NCBI GenBank assembly: GCA_963796685.1
Contig: CAWCMR010000006.1
Span: forward strand, 261,460 to 325,459
Length of the DNA: 64,000 nt
Direction of reading: 5' to 3'
DNA from: an uncultured delta proteobacterium
GTDB lineage: Bacteria > Myxococcota_A > Polyangia > Fen-1088
The translations under genes were made by a program, and so were the position numbers. Under the pieces are notes generated by a model. The model ran no database searches. It was not told where the DNA came from and was given only the letters and a program-made list of their open reading frames with translations. Shown here in pieces: positions 29,087 to 40,800 of this stretch. How positions within the stretch are numbered: the first letter of the stretch is position 1; every line of letters starts with the position of its first letter.

Positions 29087-30409
29087 ATGAAAAATTCAAG
29101 CTCTTCAGGGCGCAACCATCCGATGGAAGCCGCGCAGTTTCGCGGCAAGAGGGGAGCCGTGAGCCGCGCGCTGGTGCTGTTGTGGGGCCTGACCCTCGGG
29201 TCCGCTTGCGTGGATCTCACCCCGCCGCCCGAGGTGGTGAAATACCGCAATAGTTTGAATTCCGGCGGCGCGGTGGGCAGCATGGGCGGGGCGGACGAGG
29301 GGGGCGATACAGGTGGCGCGATAGCTGGCGGCGCGACTGGGACTGCCGGCACGACCGGAATCGCCGGTCAGATAGGCGCGGGAGGTGCCATCCTCCAGCC
29401 GGATGCTGGCGGCGGCGCGGGCACGGATGGCGCCACGGTCCTCGATGTCGCGTTGGGCAGCGGTGGAGCTGTCGGCACGGGCGGCGTCGTGGTCCAAGAT
29501 GGTGCGGCCAGCGGTGGCACCGGTGGCGCTACTGGTGCGGGCGGCGGGACCATCGACGCTTCGCCGGGCGCGGGTGGCTCGACCCCTGATGCACCGGTTG
29601 ACACGGGCGGCATGCTAGGCACTGGCGGCGTGGGCAGCGGCGGAGTGGGCACCGGAGGCACGACCGGAACGGCTGGTGCGACCGGCACTGGCGGCACGAC
29701 CGGGACGGCTGGTGCGACCGGCACTGGAGGCGTGGTCGGAACGGGCGGCACGACAGCGGGAACTGGTGGTGCCACCGGCACGGGTGGTGTGCCAGGGACG
29801 GGCGGCACGACCGGGTATAGCTGCGCGAGTGCCATCGTGCCGGCGAGCGGTGTGGTCACGGATTTCAGCGATTGGAATACCACCACTGGAAACTGGGGCT
29901 CGGGCGCGCTGACCGGGAACATCTACCAGTACGCCGGCACCGGCGCGACCATGAATCCCGCGAAAGTGGAAGGGACGCCCGTTGGTCTGCATTTGACCGG
30001 TACGGTGCCCGCGAGCGACTACGGTGGCGGCGGCATCACGTTCTTGTCGTGCGTGACGGTGGCGTCTTTCACCCGGGTCCAGTTCGACATTTACGGCGGA
30101 AGTCCAAACTGCTCCATCGAGCTCCAGCTCCAGACCTTCGACCAGCGTCCCGCCGACCAGACCCCGCCCGGTGGTTGCAAGGCCGACGGCGGCTCGAGTT
30201 GCTTCAAATTTCCCGTGATGAGCAAGGTCGTGGATCTTTCCACCACGATCACAACGCCGAAGACGGTATCCGCCACACTGGCAAACTTCACCAACTGGTC
30301 GGCGACAGCGGCTGGGCAAATCGTCGGGATGCAATGGCAGTTCACTGCCAGCGGCAGCAATAGCTGCTCGGTCAATGCGACCGTGACCAATATCAAGTTC
30401 GTGCCCTAG
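29087..30409 (+). CDS. Lipoprotein with long Gly/Thr tether and carbohydrate-binding-like domain
   Basis: Lipobox GSAC; GGTTGTAGATG repeats; beta-rich C-terminus (YGGGG...IVGMQWQF...TNIKF); start uncertain. Confidence 0.65.
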   Translation: MKNSSSSGRNHPMEAAQFRGKRGAVSRALVLLWGLTLGSACVDLTPPPEVVKYRNSLNSGGAVGSMGGADEGGDTGGAIAGGATGTAGTTGIAGQIGAGGAILQPDAGGGAGTDGATVLDVALGSGGAVGTGGVVVQDGAASGGTGGATGAGGGTIDASPGAGGSTPDAPVDTGGMLGTGGVGSGGVGTGGTTGTAGATGTGGTTGTAGATGTGGVVGTGGTTAGTGGATGTGGVPGTGGTTGYSCASAIVPASGVVTDFSDWNTTTGNWGSGALTGNIYQYAGTGATMNPAKVEGTPVGLHLTGTVPASDYGGGGITFLSCVTVASFTRVQFDIYGGSPNCSIELQLQTFDQRPADQTPPGGCKADGGSSCFKFPVMSKVVDLSTTITTPKTVSATLANFTNWSATAAGQIVGMQWQFTASGSNSCSVNATVTNIKFVP

Positions 30410-30499
30410 CTCGCCCTGGTCGGACGCATACTGGGAACGTCCGAAGTAATTGTTCGGCGTACTGCCCAGGTCGGTGGTCCATTGCCCGACAAGCTCCAG

Positions 30500-32023
30500 T
30501 TAGATCTCTTCGATCAGGATCTCGCGCTTGCGGCCCGGCCTGTGCTGCGCGGGCTCGGCGATCATGCGCGACACGCCCCACGCCGACACGAACTGTCCCT
30601 CGCGGCCAAGCCCGGGCAGGTTCTCGTTGCTGGCCAGATAGACGTTCTTGAGGCCGGTGGTGTGGGGCGCGCCACCCAGGCCGAGCACGCGCTGCAAATC
30701 GCAGCTCAGGGCGGGCGTCATTTGGGTGGGCGGAATGCCGGGGAGGCGTCCGTGTTCGCCCGGATCCACACGGGCCGCGGGTCCGAGCTCGGGCGGCAAA
30801 CCGTCGTGCGGCGAAGCCACCACGATCAGGTGGCGGTCGTGGAAGGGCATGATGCGCAGGAGCTCTTCGCGCAGCCGCGCGCGTACGACCGAGAGGTAGC
30901 CCAGGCTCTCGCTGGCCGAGGCCGAGACCAGGCATTCGAGCCAGATCGGGATCTGGTTCTGCTGCCGGGGAGGCGGCAGTCCCACGGTGATGCTGAAGGC
31001 GTTCTCCTCGAGATTGGGCTTGGCCGGATCCTTCACCGCGATCACGCGCGCGCCCATCCCCTCGGGCAGCGCCTCGGGGCGAACCAGCATGCACAGGGTG
31101 TAGCGGAAGCAGGCGGGCCGGATGGACGAGGCGATTTCGCGCAGCCGGCGAGGCGCTTCGCTGCCCGCCAGCGCCACCAGCGAGGCCGCCGAGCCGGCCC
31201 AGATCAAGCGGCCGAACCCGATGGTTTCGTTGCGCGGTCGCACCCGGAGCCCGTTCAGGTTTCCGCGCCGCCACACCAGCTCGGTCGGCACCACGTGCTC
31301 GCGAATCTCGCCCGAGAACGTGCTCAGCTTGTCCAGAAACAGGGTGCGCAGATCCGCCTCGCTGGCCAGGCGATGGAAACCTCGCCGCGTGACATCGTAG
31401 GCGCGCGCTTGCACCAGGCTGCCGAGATCGGCTGGGGAGAAACCGCTGGCCAGGGCACCCAGGGCGGCGATGCCGGCGCGCATCAGATGGTGAGGCGGAA
31501 GCGGCGCCAGCAAGTCGGCTTCCGAGGAAGGAAGCTGGGCCTGCACCCGGCTGACATCGCGTCGCTCCCAGAAGCCCTGCGGAGGTAAGGTCATGTCCGA
31601 ACCGAGGAGTGGATCGAGCACCGCGCTGGTGGACCGCAGGCGAGACAAGATGGGCTCGATGGTGCCGTGGTCGTCGGGGAACTCGCGCACCAGCTCTGCC
31701 AACACGGCCTCCACGCCCGAGGTGAACTCGACGCGGTGGTTGGGAAAGACGAACTGCAGCGAGGGCTGGGCTTGCGGGGCGCGGCGGCGAACGATCTGGG
31801 AATGTCCAAGCTCGCGCAAAATGCGCGCCACGGGTTCGGAATCGGGCGGAGGCAGGGTGCCTGGCTCGCGTGCCAGGGTGTAGGGCCCGGCCTGGAAGGT
31901 CGCCGGCACGGCGTCGTGCCCGCACAGAAGCACGCGCAGCCCGCGCCGACCGAGCAGGCTTGCGGCGATCAGCCCGGTCAGCTCGGAGCCATGGACCACG
32001 ACGTCGAAGTAGTTGGTATCCAC
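30500..32023 (-). CDS. FAD/NAD(P)-dependent oxidoreductase (phytoene desaturase-like fold)
   Basis: N-terminal FDVVVHGSELTGLIAA..L.RRG; C-terminal T.LKNVYL....LPGLG.EG. Confidence 0.75.
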   Translation of the reverse strand: MDTNYFDVVVHGSELTGLIAASLLGRRGLRVLLCGHDAVPATFQAGPYTLAREPGTLPPPDSEPVARILRELGHSQIVRRRAPQAQPSLQFVFPNHRVEFTSGVEAVLAELVREFPDDHGTIEPILSRLRSTSAVLDPLLGSDMTLPPQGFWERRDVSRVQAQLPSSEADLLAPLPPHHLMRAGIAALGALASGFSPADLGSLVQARAYDVTRRGFHRLASEADLRTLFLDKLSTFSGEIREHVVPTELVWRRGNLNGLRVRPRNETIGFGRLIWAGSAASLVALAGSEAPRRLREIASSIRPACFRYTLCMLVRPEALPEGMGARVIAVKDPAKPNLEENAFSITVGLPPPRQQNQIPIWLECLVSASASESLGYLSVVRARLREELLRIMPFHDRHLIVVASPHDGLPPELGPAARVDPGEHGRLPGIPPTQMTPALSCDLQRVLGLGGAPHTTGLKNVYLASNENLPGLGREGQFVSAWGVSRMIAEPAQHRPGRKREILIEEI

Positions 32024-32188
32024 GAGAAGCCGACAGTCTCCGGGAGCAGGGTGGAACGAGTCAACAGACAAGTCGCGGCAAGATGGATGCGCTGGACACC
32101 CATGACGAGGTGCCCATACCTGCGACGGTGGTTGACAGGGCGACCGAGCCGGTTGAAATTGGCCGTTCCTGCCTACGCAGATCCCACC

Positions 32189-33055
32189 ATGGCCTGGTAC
32201 AAACGAAGCAAGAAGGTAGACGAAGAGCCGCAGCTCGAAAAACGCAGCATTCCGGTCGGCGTTTTCACCAAGTGCCCTGGTTGCAACCAGGCGTTGCTCA
32301 CGGCGGACTTGCACAAGAACCTGGACGTCTGTCCGTCGTGCGATCACCACTTTGCCATGGCGACGCGCGACCGCATAGCCAGCATCATGGACGAGGGCAG
32401 CGCGGTGGAATTCGATCACGGTATCGACAGCATCGATCCCCTCGGTTTTCGCGATTCCAAGCGCTACAGCGACCGGCTCAAGTCGTCGCGCAAGTCGAGC
32501 GGAGAGGTCGAGGCCTTGCTGTCCCTCGCCGGGCGTATCGATGGCATCGAGGTCGAGACGGGGTTCTTCGTATTCGAATTCATGGGCGGGTCCATGGGGT
32601 CGGTGGTGGGCGAGAAGATCACGCGCGTCTTCGAGCGGGCGCTCGAACGTCGTGTTCCGGCGCTCATCTTCGCGGCCTCGGGCGGGGCGCGCATGCAAGA
32701 GGGCATTCTCTCGCTTATGCAGATGGCCAAAACCAGCGCGGCCATCGCCCGTCTGCGCGAGGCCCATGTTCCCTACCTGTCGATCCTGCTGCACCCCACC
32801 ACGGGCGGCGTGGCAGCCAGCTTCTCCATGCTCGGCGATCTGCACATCGCCGAACCCAGGGCGCTCATCGGCTTCGCTGGTCCGCGGGTCATCCAGAACA
32901 CGATGCGCCAGAGCCTACCGCCGGGCTTCCAGCGCTCCGAGTTCCTGCAAAGCCACGGCTTCGTCGACATGATCGTGCCGCGCAAGGAGCTGAAACCCAC
33001 CATCGCGCTCTGCCTGCGCTGGTTCGGCGTGCGGCCCGCGGCTGGCCAGAACTGA
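32189..33055 (+). CDS. accD: Acetyl-CoA carboxylase carboxyltransferase beta subunit
   Basis: CPGC...CPSC zinc finger, FMGGSMGSVVGEK, SGGARMQEG, GFAGPRVI, GFQRSEFL. Confidence 0.97.
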   Translation: MAWYKRSKKVDEEPQLEKRSIPVGVFTKCPGCNQALLTADLHKNLDVCPSCDHHFAMATRDRIASIMDEGSAVEFDHGIDSIDPLGFRDSKRYSDRLKSSRKSSGEVEALLSLAGRIDGIEVETGFFVFEFMGGSMGSVVGEKITRVFERALERRVPALIFAASGGARMQEGILSLMQMAKTSAAIARLREAHVPYLSILLHPTTGGVAASFSMLGDLHIAEPRALIGFAGPRVIQNTMRQSLPPGFQRSEFLQSHGFVDMIVPRKELKPTIALCLRWFGVRPAAGQN

Positions 33056-33058
33056 CCG

Positions 33059-34333
33059 ATGCCGGATTCGGAGCGAGGGCGGAAGATGGGCGAGCCCTAC
33101 CGCCGGTTCCTGGCCCGCCTGCAAGAGGCGCGCGGCCACGGCGTTTCCCTCGGCCTCGAGCGAGCTCGGCTCGCCCTCGAGCGGCTGGGCTCGCCCGAGC
33201 AGCGCGTGCCGGCCGTGCACATCGCGGGGACCAATGGCAAAGGCTCGTGCGCGGCGCTGACCGATTCCATCCTTCGCCAGGCGGGCCTGCGCACGGGGCT
33301 CTTCACCTCACCGCACCTGACCCGTTTCACCGAGCGCATCCGCATCGACGGTGAGGAGATCGACGGCGATCACCTGGCTCTGCTCGACGAGGCCGTGGCG
33401 GCCACCGCGGTGCCGTTGACGTTCTTCGAGATCTCCGCCGTGCTGGCTTTTCGCGCCTTCGCCGAAGCCCAGGTCGACCTCGCGATCCTGGAAACCGGTC
33501 TCGGGGGTCGCCTGGACGCGACCAGCGTCTGCCATCCCGTGGCTTGCGCCATCACCAGCATCGCCTTCGATCACGAGGCCATCCTGGGCAACACCCTCGG
33601 CGCCATCGCCTATGAAAAGGCCTGCATCGCCAAGCCGGGGATTCCGCTTTTTCTCGGGCCGCTGGCCAGCGAGGCCGACAGGCGGATCGCCGAGGTGGCG
33701 CGTGCCACGGGCGCTCCCGTCTTGCGTCCGGGCGTGGACTACCCGCCGGCGCCGGCCGCGCCGGCATTGCCCGGCTCGCACCAGCTTGCCAACGCCGCAC
33801 TGGCGGTGGCGATTTCCCGGCACGCGGCCGAGTCCCTCCGGCGGCCACTCGGCGACGATGCCGTCCTGCGCGGATTGGCCGAGGTGCGCTGGCCGGGCCG
33901 GCTCGAGCGCATCGGCGAGGTGCTGCTGGATTGCGCCCACAACGTCGAGGGTGCGGTCGCGCTCGTGGCCTCGATGCCGGAGGCGCCTTGCCGGATCCTG
34001 GTCACTTCGATCGTGCGCGACAAGAACGCGGCCGGCATGTTGGCGGTCTTGGCCCCGCAGTTCGATCGCGTGGTGCTCACGCGGTCGCAGAGCGACCGTG
34101 CCGCGGAGCCGGAGCAGCTCGCGGCCTTGGTGTCGGGCACGCGGAATGGAGAGCGCCAGGTCGTGTGCGTCGAGAATCCGGTGGCCGCGCTCACCCGGGC
34201 GCGCCAGCAAGCCGGCGAGGTGGCCGGTGGCCTGGTGGTGGTGGCGGGCTCGATTTTCCTGGTGGGCGAGCTGCGCGCGCACCTGCTCGGGCACGGCGAA
34301 GGCGCGGCCGAGGCCTCGGACCCGCTCCCGTAG
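33059..34333 (+). CDS. folC: Folylpolyglutamate synthase/dihydrofolate synthase
   Basis: AGTNGKGS, TSPHL..F.ERI, ETGLGGRLDAT, WPGRLE, DCAHN; follows accD. Confidence 0.95.
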   Translation: MPDSERGRKMGEPYRRFLARLQEARGHGVSLGLERARLALERLGSPEQRVPAVHIAGTNGKGSCAALTDSILRQAGLRTGLFTSPHLTRFTERIRIDGEEIDGDHLALLDEAVAATAVPLTFFEISAVLAFRAFAEAQVDLAILETGLGGRLDATSVCHPVACAITSIAFDHEAILGNTLGAIAYEKACIAKPGIPLFLGPLASEADRRIAEVARATGAPVLRPGVDYPPAPAAPALPGSHQLANAALAVAISRHAAESLRRPLGDDAVLRGLAEVRWPGRLERIGEVLLDCAHNVEGAVALVASMPEAPCRILVTSIVRDKNAAGMLAVLAPQFDRVVLTRSQSDRAAEPEQLAALVSGTRNGERQVVCVENPVAALTRARQQAGEVAGGLVVVAGSIFLVGELRAHLLGHGEGAAEASDPLP

Positions 34334-34415
34334 CTCGCCTGAATCCAGGTGGCGCGCCGCTTCATTTGCCGAAACCCGGAAACGGGGCTTATCATGGGGT
34401 CGGGGTGAAGCCAAC

Positions 34416-35102
34416 GTGCGCGCAACGACTTGTCTCCTGAGCACCGCTTTCATGGCATGGGTGGGCGTGTCCGCGACCTCGGGTCCAGCGGCTGCTCAGC
34501 CCGTCACGCCACTTGAAAAGAGCATGGAGGCCGTGCCGGGGCCGGCCCTGGGAATGAAGTACGAGGGCGTCGTTCCGGGCCCGACCGGCCGAAATCCCCT
34601 ACCCGCTGCACCCAAGGGGGGGCCGTACTTGGTGTGGACCGGCTTTCAAATGACGGCGACGGGATCGCGCGTTTTCTTGCAGACAACCCAGTCGGTGCAG
34701 TTCGATCTGAACGAAGGAGCGGTCAAGAAATCGGGCAAGTCGAAGCTTTCGGTGTTTCTACGTGGCTGCCGCATCTACATGGCCAACAACCGGCGCAAGA
34801 TCGACACGCGCTTCTTCGCGACGCCCGTCGCGGGGGTCTCCGCGCGACAGCGGGGGCGTGACGTGGAAGTGCGCTTGGCCCTGCGCGAGGCGGCCACCGC
34901 AGTTCCTCATAGCGAGGCCGGGCCCGACGGGACCCAATTCGTGATTCTCGATCTGCCCCCGGGCAAGGCCTCGTCCGAACCGAGCGCGTTGCAGGACCTG
35001 GCTGGCGAAGACACCCCCAAGTACAGCGACGGGGTCGCCGCTCCGGCTGCCGCCGATACACCGTCGCCCAAGGGCAAGAGAGCCAGTCGATCCGCGCGGT
35101 AG
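34416..35102 (+). CDS. Secreted hypothetical protein (AMIN-like)
   Basis: Signal peptide ending AAA-Q; GFQM...GSRVFLQ and NNRRKIDTRFF.TPV segments. Confidence 0.6.
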   Translation: MRATTCLLSTAFMAWVGVSATSGPAAAQPVTPLEKSMEAVPGPALGMKYEGVVPGPTGRNPLPAAPKGGPYLVWTGFQMTATGSRVFLQTTQSVQFDLNEGAVKKSGKSKLSVFLRGCRIYMANNRRKIDTRFFATPVAGVSARQRGRDVEVRLALREAATAVPHSEAGPDGTQFVILDLPPGKASSEPSALQDLAGEDTPKYSDGVAAPAAADTPSPKGKRASRSAR

Positions 35103-35129
35103 GAAATTTCGCATCAACAAGGAGTGCAT

Positions 35130-37784
35130 ATGAAGCGAGCATCGGTGTTGCGTGCAGCGTGCGCGATCGTGGGCGCGGCGGTTTCGGTTCTGGCTTGCTC
35201 GAGCTCGAACCCGACCCTGCCACCCGGGGTCATCCCGCTCGATAGCGGTCTCGGCGAGCGTGGGATCGCCAGTCAGCCCGATACCCTGCTCGAAGGAATC
35301 GAGGCCGGCTCTGTCGATACGAGCGTTCGCGACGGCGCCAACGACGAGGCAAGGGATGTCGCGAAGGATAGCCCGCTGCCCGCCGACAGCGCGGAGGCGG
35401 GTATCGACGCCTCGCCGCCTTCCACGATGACCGTCACCATCCTGTCGCCCGTTGCGAGCCCGGGCGTGGACGGCGGGGCCTCCGATCCGCCCGTCATCTC
35501 CAAGTCCGATCGTCTGGCGCCCACGGTCCAGGTCGAGGTCCACTCGATGGGCGGCGATCCCACGCTCGATGTCGTGACCCAGGTCAAGGCCTCGATCGTC
35601 GGCGAGAGCAGCAAATCGACCGGCGCAACCATCAGCTTGAACCAGACCCAGTACAGCATCGTCCCGGAATCGGGCAGCAAGGTCTATGTCTATGCCGATA
35701 CGCCGTTCGATCTCAGCGGGGTCGCGGGAGATTTCTACGATCTACAAATCGTGGCCACGACGGCGGGCGGCGTGGTGGGGACAGCGTCGCTACGCATCTA
35801 CATCGATGGCGGCCCCATCATCACCTTCCTGCAGCCCTCCGATGGCGCCTACGTCAAGGGCTCGGTCGTGGTCACCACCATGGTCGTCGACAACCGGTCC
35901 GGCGTGACTGGGGTGACCTTTTCCATCGGTCAGTACCCGATCGATCCATCCGCCGTCGCGAGCAATGGCGCCCAATACTCGACCACCATCGACTTCGGCA
36001 GCTTCAATCCACCCCTCGACGGCGCCCAGATCGTCACCGTGACCGCGACGAATGGCAACGGCAACAAGTCGATCGCCACGCGCAACTTCACCGTCGACAA
36101 CCAGGGCCCCACCATCAGCTCCACCAAGCCGGCCACCGGAGACATGATTGGCAGGATCATCAGCATCGAGGCCAAGGTCGATGACCCCGCCGGCGTCATG
36201 GATTCGTCGGTGATCGCGGTGGTCGCCAACGGAGATGTCCACTTCGAGGTCAGCCTGGTCAAGGGGACCGACGGAACCTACCGGCAACTCTTCGACACCA
36301 CCAAGCTTCCGATCTATGCCATCTTTCCCAGCATCTCTTTCCGCGCCCAGGATGTGCTCGGCAACGAGTCCTCCGTGGGATACCTGGTCTCTCTCGATAA
36401 CACGCCGCCCATCCTGGATCTCGATCCGCCGGCCAATTTCCGGATCATCAAGAAGGACGGAACCTGTAGCTGGCCGTTCGATCCGGTGGGTCCGGATGCC
36501 GTCGATGATGGCTCCGTGGTCACCCAGCTCTTCGATATCCGGGCTCGTGTCGAGGATCGGGGCAACAAGCCACTGACCGGGTCGGCCGACTTCGTGCCCA
36601 TCGCGGCGGTGGATCCGGCCACGGTGAAGGTGTTCATCCTCGACGACACGTCGCTACCCCTGGTCGTCGACACCTCCGATCCGCCGGATGGTATCTGCGA
36701 CGACATCAACCCCGACCTCGTGCCATCGGTCTCGCCACAGTCTTCCAAGGACGCCCAGCTTTTCGACATGGTGTCCATGCCCGCGAATGCGGGATCAGGA
36801 GACTTCTCGTACCAACCGGATCCACGTTTGCTTGTGGATGGCACTACTTGCAAGCCGAGCAACGACAGTCCACCGTCCGCCCTGTGCGACACGACCTACA
36901 GCCCGCTCAAGAACCAGGTCATGACCTATTCGCTCGGCTACTCTGCCTCGTTGCCCTCGATCTGGACCATCGCCCCCATCGTGGCCGATGGGTACCAGTG
37001 CGCCGGCCGCCAGTTCGATGCCTCGAACAGTCTTCACGACGGTTGGGCCTGCGTGGCCGTGGAGGCGAGCGACAAGCTGGGCAACAAGCAGGTCTCGCGG
37101 CCGATTCGCATCTGCGTGATCGTCACGCCGGGCAGTACGGCGTGCTCGGCGGCCAGCTTGGGTGGTGCCGACCTAGCCAGCATCACCCTTCCGTCATCAT
37201 CGGCGGGGACCACGGTTGTTACCACCAAGGCCCCGCTATCGGCTGTTGGTGGCGCGGCCATCAAGACCGGCGATATGATCATCTTCTCGAAGGTTTCGCC
37301 GTCGCCGTTCTCGATCATCAACGGTTCGCACACGGTTAGCCCGGCGGACGCCAGCGCAACCCAATTTGATCTGACGGACCTGTCCCCAACGCCGCTCACC
37401 CTCTATCTCGACAATCTCGACGGCAAGGCCCCCACATCGAAAGGTACCATCGGGCTGATTGCGCAGGACGGGGCTGAGATCCAAGTGGTCACCGATACCG
37501 CGGCCACCCAATTGGATCCCACATTCGCCGGCGCTGTTGTTCTGACGAGCACCGGCAATCCCCCGGCGGCCAGCGACAAACGATGGCTCGTCCACGATAT
37601 TCAGGCGACGGGGTTCATGCTGACTGAAAGCACCATCAAGCTTAGCGGCGCCGCTCTCCCCCCTTCCGTCCTTCCCGACTGCACCGGGACCGTCGTCAAG
37701 CAGACCTCGGGCTCGACGGTGGACGGTAGCCAGCCATGCAAACCGTGGAGGTCGTACTCCGAGTACGAAGACCTGTACCAGTGA
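35130..37784 (+). CDS. Large lipoprotein with Ig-like repeats and Cys-containing C-terminal region
   Basis: AAGGAG RBS; lipobox VLAC; repeated (V/L)DN.(G/P)P Ig-domain junctions. Confidence 0.75.
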   Translation: MKRASVLRAACAIVGAAVSVLACSSSNPTLPPGVIPLDSGLGERGIASQPDTLLEGIEAGSVDTSVRDGANDEARDVAKDSPLPADSAEAGIDASPPSTMTVTILSPVASPGVDGGASDPPVISKSDRLAPTVQVEVHSMGGDPTLDVVTQVKASIVGESSKSTGATISLNQTQYSIVPESGSKVYVYADTPFDLSGVAGDFYDLQIVATTAGGVVGTASLRIYIDGGPIITFLQPSDGAYVKGSVVVTTMVVDNRSGVTGVTFSIGQYPIDPSAVASNGAQYSTTIDFGSFNPPLDGAQIVTVTATNGNGNKSIATRNFTVDNQGPTISSTKPATGDMIGRIISIEAKVDDPAGVMDSSVIAVVANGDVHFEVSLVKGTDGTYRQLFDTTKLPIYAIFPSISFRAQDVLGNESSVGYLVSLDNTPPILDLDPPANFRIIKKDGTCSWPFDPVGPDAVDDGSVVTQLFDIRARVEDRGNKPLTGSADFVPIAAVDPATVKVFILDDTSLPLVVDTSDPPDGICDDINPDLVPSVSPQSSKDAQLFDMVSMPANAGSGDFSYQPDPRLLVDGTTCKPSNDSPPSALCDTTYSPLKNQVMTYSLGYSASLPSIWTIAPIVADGYQCAGRQFDASNSLHDGWACVAVEASDKLGNKQVSRPIRICVIVTPGSTACSAASLGGADLASITLPSSSAGTTVVTTKAPLSAVGGAAIKTGDMIIFSKVSPSPFSIINGSHTVSPADASATQFDLTDLSPTPLTLYLDNLDGKAPTSKGTIGLIAQDGAEIQVVTDTAATQLDPTFAGAVVLTSTGNPPAASDKRWLVHDIQATGFMLTESTIKLSGAALPPSVLPDCTGTVVKQTSGSTVDGSQPCKPWRSYSEYEDLYQ

Positions 37785-37805
37785 GGGGCGGCCGCCGCGC
37801 CGCCG

Positions 37806-40800
37806 TTACCAGGACGTGGTGTCGAGGCCGCGCGCGATGCGCTCGCGCGAGCGCGCGGGTGGCTTGCCGTACCAAGCGGTCTTGGCAGCGGGCGCGGCTT
37901 CGAGCTCGAAGGGGATGAAGAGCACCTTGAGGAAGCGGTTGCGCCCGATGCGCTCCCAGCCCACGATGCCGAGCAGGGCTTCCCACATGTAATCGCCGGG
38001 CCGTTTGATCTCCGATTCCCAGAAGGGAAAGACGAAGAGGTGCGACGTGCCGGCGTTGGCGCCGAGCCCCTTGCGATAGTAGATGTTCGGGAAGACGTAG
38101 GTCACGTCGGAGGTCGCACGCCTGACGCCGACGTAGAAGGGGAACGCGACGGTGGTGCTGCGTTCCGCGCTCCAGAAGCGCCAGAAGAGCGGGAAGGCGA
38201 TGGTGGTGGCGTCGGTCGGGCTGCTGTGGCGGTAGAAGAGCGGCGCGACGGTCGTGGTGGTACCGCTGACTTCGTTGCGATAGCGGAAGAAGAGCGGCAG
38301 CACCATGGTCAGCCGGCTCTGGTGGTAGGAATGGAAGTCGTAGACCAGGGGCAGGCCGATCGTCGTGGAGGACGTGATATCGCTGCGGTGCCAGACCAGC
38401 AGGAACCACGTGCTGAGCGACCGCTCGGGGCTGGTGTGCTCGTAATGGAGGAGGGGCGGGATGACCAGGGTGCGGGTGTCGGTGGCCTTGTCGTGATGGT
38501 AGAACCAAAGCGGAAAGAAGGTGTGGAAGCTGGACCGGGTGTCGTTGCGCCAGAAGAAATTGCCCGCGTACCACCACCGGCCGTCGTGTGTGCTCTTGTA
38601 GCCGAAGAGAAGGGTCAGCACGGCCTGCGAGGTCGGCGAATGGCGCTCGTAGAAGAGCGGCACGACGGCGTTGCTACCTGTTGATTTCTCTCCGTCGCGC
38701 GAGTACCAGGCGATGGGCAAAAGGCCACGCGTTCGTTCGCTGCCCTTGTGCGCGAAGTACAGCGGCCCGGCAAGGGTCATCGACTCGTCGGCGCGTTTGT
38801 CGGCGACGTGCCAGAAGAGCGGAAAGCCGACGGCCCAGCTATGGTTCTCGTCGCGGCTCTGGTACCACAGCGGAAGCACGGTCCGGAACATCGCGCTGCC
38901 GTGGTTCGATTGGTAGTAGAGCCAAGAGAGGATCTTGCGATCTCCATTTTGGCGATTGGTGTGCGACAGAAAGAGCGGCGTGACGAACAGGTCGCGCTTG
39001 GGAGTGTGTGCCGAAAGATAGAAGGGAATCAGCCCGGACGACGAGCCGCTTGGCGAATGGTGGGTGAAGTAGGGTCCGACCACGCTGGTGTGGGAATCGG
39101 GCGAGCTCGACAGCCACACGAAGGGAAAGAAGGTATCGAGGCGATAGCCGTCGTCCCGGCGCAGGCGGAAGAAGGTGGGAAAGACGTACGTGCCTTGTTC
39201 TCGCGGGTTCCGGTAATGGCCCCACAGGGGAAACAGCACTCGCGCCTGGTGCCCGGGACCATCCGTTGCGACATAGGGGCCCCACATGCGCGTCCGCTCG
39301 CCGGTGTCGAGCTGGGTGTGGTCGAGATAGAGCAGCGGGACTCCCTGCACGGCGAAGGACTGGTTGCGGTACCAGAAGTAGGGCCCGGCGAAGCCAGCCT
39401 GCTTGTCGGACGAGCGCATCCATGCCGTCACCGGCGAAACGAACAGGGTCGTGGCCGCGTTCCTGCGGTAGTGGAAGAGCGGAAAGACGGTCAGGCTGGT
39501 CTGGTCGCTGCCGCCCGGTTTAGCGCCGCGGCGGTAGTGGAAGAGCGGAAAGAAGGCGTCCGTGGTCTCACCGCCTTCCGTGCGGTGCAGGTAGTTGGCG
39601 ACCACGGTGGTCGTCCGATCCTTGGCATCGTCACGGAACCACCAGAACAGGGGAAACAGGGCAACGTGGCGCTGCTGGCCGCCGCCGCCCCAAAAGAGCA
39701 GGGGCAGAATGCCGGCGGCATAGCCCTTCGGATCGTCGTAACGGAAATAAGGCGGCGCGATGGTGGTCGCGGTGTGGTTGCGCTGGTCGACCAAATTCCA
39801 GTAGAACGGAAACTGGTAACGGTAACTGCCCTGATCGTCCCGCCCGGCGAAGTAGAGCAGGGGAAAGACCATGGTCGTCGACGTGTCCTTGCCGGACGAG
39901 GCGTAGTAGAACGGGAAGAACAGGGTGGAGACCGCCTCGGCCTTGCGGAAGCGCCAGAACAGCGGAAAGACGATGGCGTGGCTGCGATCCTTGCGGCTGC
40001 CGAAGAAGGCCAGAGGGAAAAGCCCGGCGCTGCTTCCACCATCGGCGAATTTGCGGTAGTAAGCCCACAGCGGAAAGATGCCGGCCGCGGTCAGCTTCTC
40101 GTCGGGCGAGTTGCGCCTGAAATAGAAGGGCAGAAACGAGTGGGCGGTGGCGCCGGTCGGGGCATCGCGAAAGTGCCAGAAGAGAGGAAAGAGCGCGTCG
40201 GTCGTGCCGGCGGGATCGTCGCGGTGGTAATACGGCCCGAGGATGGTGGTGTGTGCATCGCCCGGAATGTCGTGGTGATGGTAGTAGATGAGCTCGTAGT
40301 CGGTCTCGCCGGTCTTGTCGCGCCAATAGGCGAGCGGCGGGACGAGCATGGTCAGGTAGCGCGAGCCGGTCTTGTCGTCGCGTTGGTAGGTTCCGATCGG
40401 CCACAGGTGGAACGTCCGCGCCCCGTCGTCGTTGCTCTTGCGAAAATAGAAGGGCAGGACGAGCTGCCAGCTCGAGCCGGCCTTTTCGTCGCCGGCCCAC
40501 CAGGCCAGCAAGGCGAAGGTGCCGATGGACGAGCCCTTGCTGCGGAAGTGGAAGAGCGGCGGGAAAATGGTGGTGCTGGCGCCGGGCGAGCGGAAGCTCC
40601 ACAGCAGCGGGAAGAGGACATCGTAGCTCGACTCCCGCGAGCGGCCGTACCAGTAGAGCCATAGGAACGAGCCCGTGGTCGCCTTGTTCTCCACCGAGGC
40701 GTAGCCGAGCAGCGAGGCGAAGGTGCCGCCGGTCGGCGTGACGTTGCGATAGAAGAAGGGGATCGAGAGCAGGTTCTCGTCGTTCTTGTTCCGCCAATAG

